A stretch of DNA of 60,550 bases, the filler included. It is 4 parts of 4 records of this genome, joined end to end, with 100 filler letters (N's around TTAATTAATTAA, not from the genome) between each part and the next. Parts side by side here need not be neighbours in the genome. Positions count along the whole stretch, not along the records: positions 39,587 to 60,550 come from DRR723986_2413; 3 more parts are not named here. The stretch is one strand, 5' to 3'. The position numbers and the translations under genes are program-made. Each line of letters opens with the position of its first letter. The first letter of the stretch is position 1. Of this stretch, positions 59,980 to 60,550 are shown in pieces. The notes under the pieces are model-generated. The model was not told the origin of the DNA and searched no databases. It worked only from the letters and a program-made list of their open reading frames with translations.

Positions 59980-60550
59980 TTACTGCATTGCGTTGAAGGC
60001 ATCGACGATGGCTTTGCCTTCGTCACCTGCGGCTTCGAGCCATTCGTTGGTCATGGTCACGCCGATTTCTTTCAGCTCGCCTGTCATCTGTTCGGATGCT
60101 GGACCAACGGTCATGCCACCGTCACGCAGACCTTGCAGCGTGAAGCCAGTGTATTCTTTGGCGCGCCAGTTGCCTGCATATTCCGCCAGTACCGCACAGC
60201 CACTGATGACGTTCTTGTGGGCGTCTGCCGTTGCGGCCCATTTTTCCGAGTTCACCATCACGTAGTTGCGGGGCAGCCATGCGTCCACTTCGTAGAAGAA
60301 GCCGAGGCTTTCCCAGACTTTACGGTCGTAGCCGGTGGAGCCGGACGACACCATGGATTCAGCAACGCCGGTGGCGAAAGCTTGGCTGATTTCAGCGGCT
60401 TCGATCGTGACGGGCAGCATGCCTGTCAGTTCAGCCAGACGCGAGGTGGCGTTGTTATAGCTGCGGAACTTGATGCCTTTCATTTCAGCGACCGAGTTCA
60501 CCTCGTCCTTGAAATAGAGGCCCTGTGGCGGCCATGGCACGGCATAGAGC
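59980..60550 (-). CDS. dctP: TRAP substrate-binding protein, 5' end outside the window
   Basis: PWPPQGLY, KFRSYN and AFATGVAE. Confidence 0.9.
   Translation of the reverse strand, partial: LYAVPWPPQGLYFKDEVNSVAEMKGIKFRSYNNATSRLAELTGMLPVTIEAAEISQAFATGVAESMVSSGSTGYDRKVWESLGFFYEVDAWLPRNYVMVNSEKWAATADAHKNVISGCAVLAEYAGNWRAKEYTGFTLQGLRDGGMTVGPASEQMTGELKEIGVTMTNEWLEAAGDEGKAIVDAFNAMQ

Overview
The window is four contigs joined by three artificial 100-bp linkers (N44-TTAATTAATTAA-N44 at 20153-20252, 31226-31325 and 39487-39586). Contig A (1-20152) and contig D (39587-60550) look like Roseobacter-group (Rhodobacteraceae) chromosome. A carries pmbA, waaA-lpxK, dsbA-dciA, mutY-alkB, ccrM-rnhB and asd. 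D carries hemE/hemC, cysK, hemF, clpS, a D,D-carboxypeptidase and pxpABC with a TRAP transporter. Contig B (20253-31225) is a visibly GC-richer catabolic segment with two modules. The first is LysR, a 36-aa remnant of a D-cysteine desulfhydrase/CuyA-type gene, a TRAP transporter in M-P-Q order and a D-aminoacylase. The second, and the best candidate for an undescribed system, is a GlxA-type AraC regulator divergent from a two-domain DddD-like CoA-transferase/lyase coupled to an N,N-dimethylformamidase beta-subunit-like Fe amidase. Contig C (31326-39486) appears to come from a different, FCB-group organism: a T9SS cargo protein, a TPR-LuxR regulator, a ytfI/ytfJ-like pair and a lipoprotein. Several small ORFs below the ORF-track cut-off and several repeats or operator-like motifs were found by reading the sequence. 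No rRNA, tRNA, CRISPR array or transposase was recognised. All family assignments are from motif recognition, not database searches.
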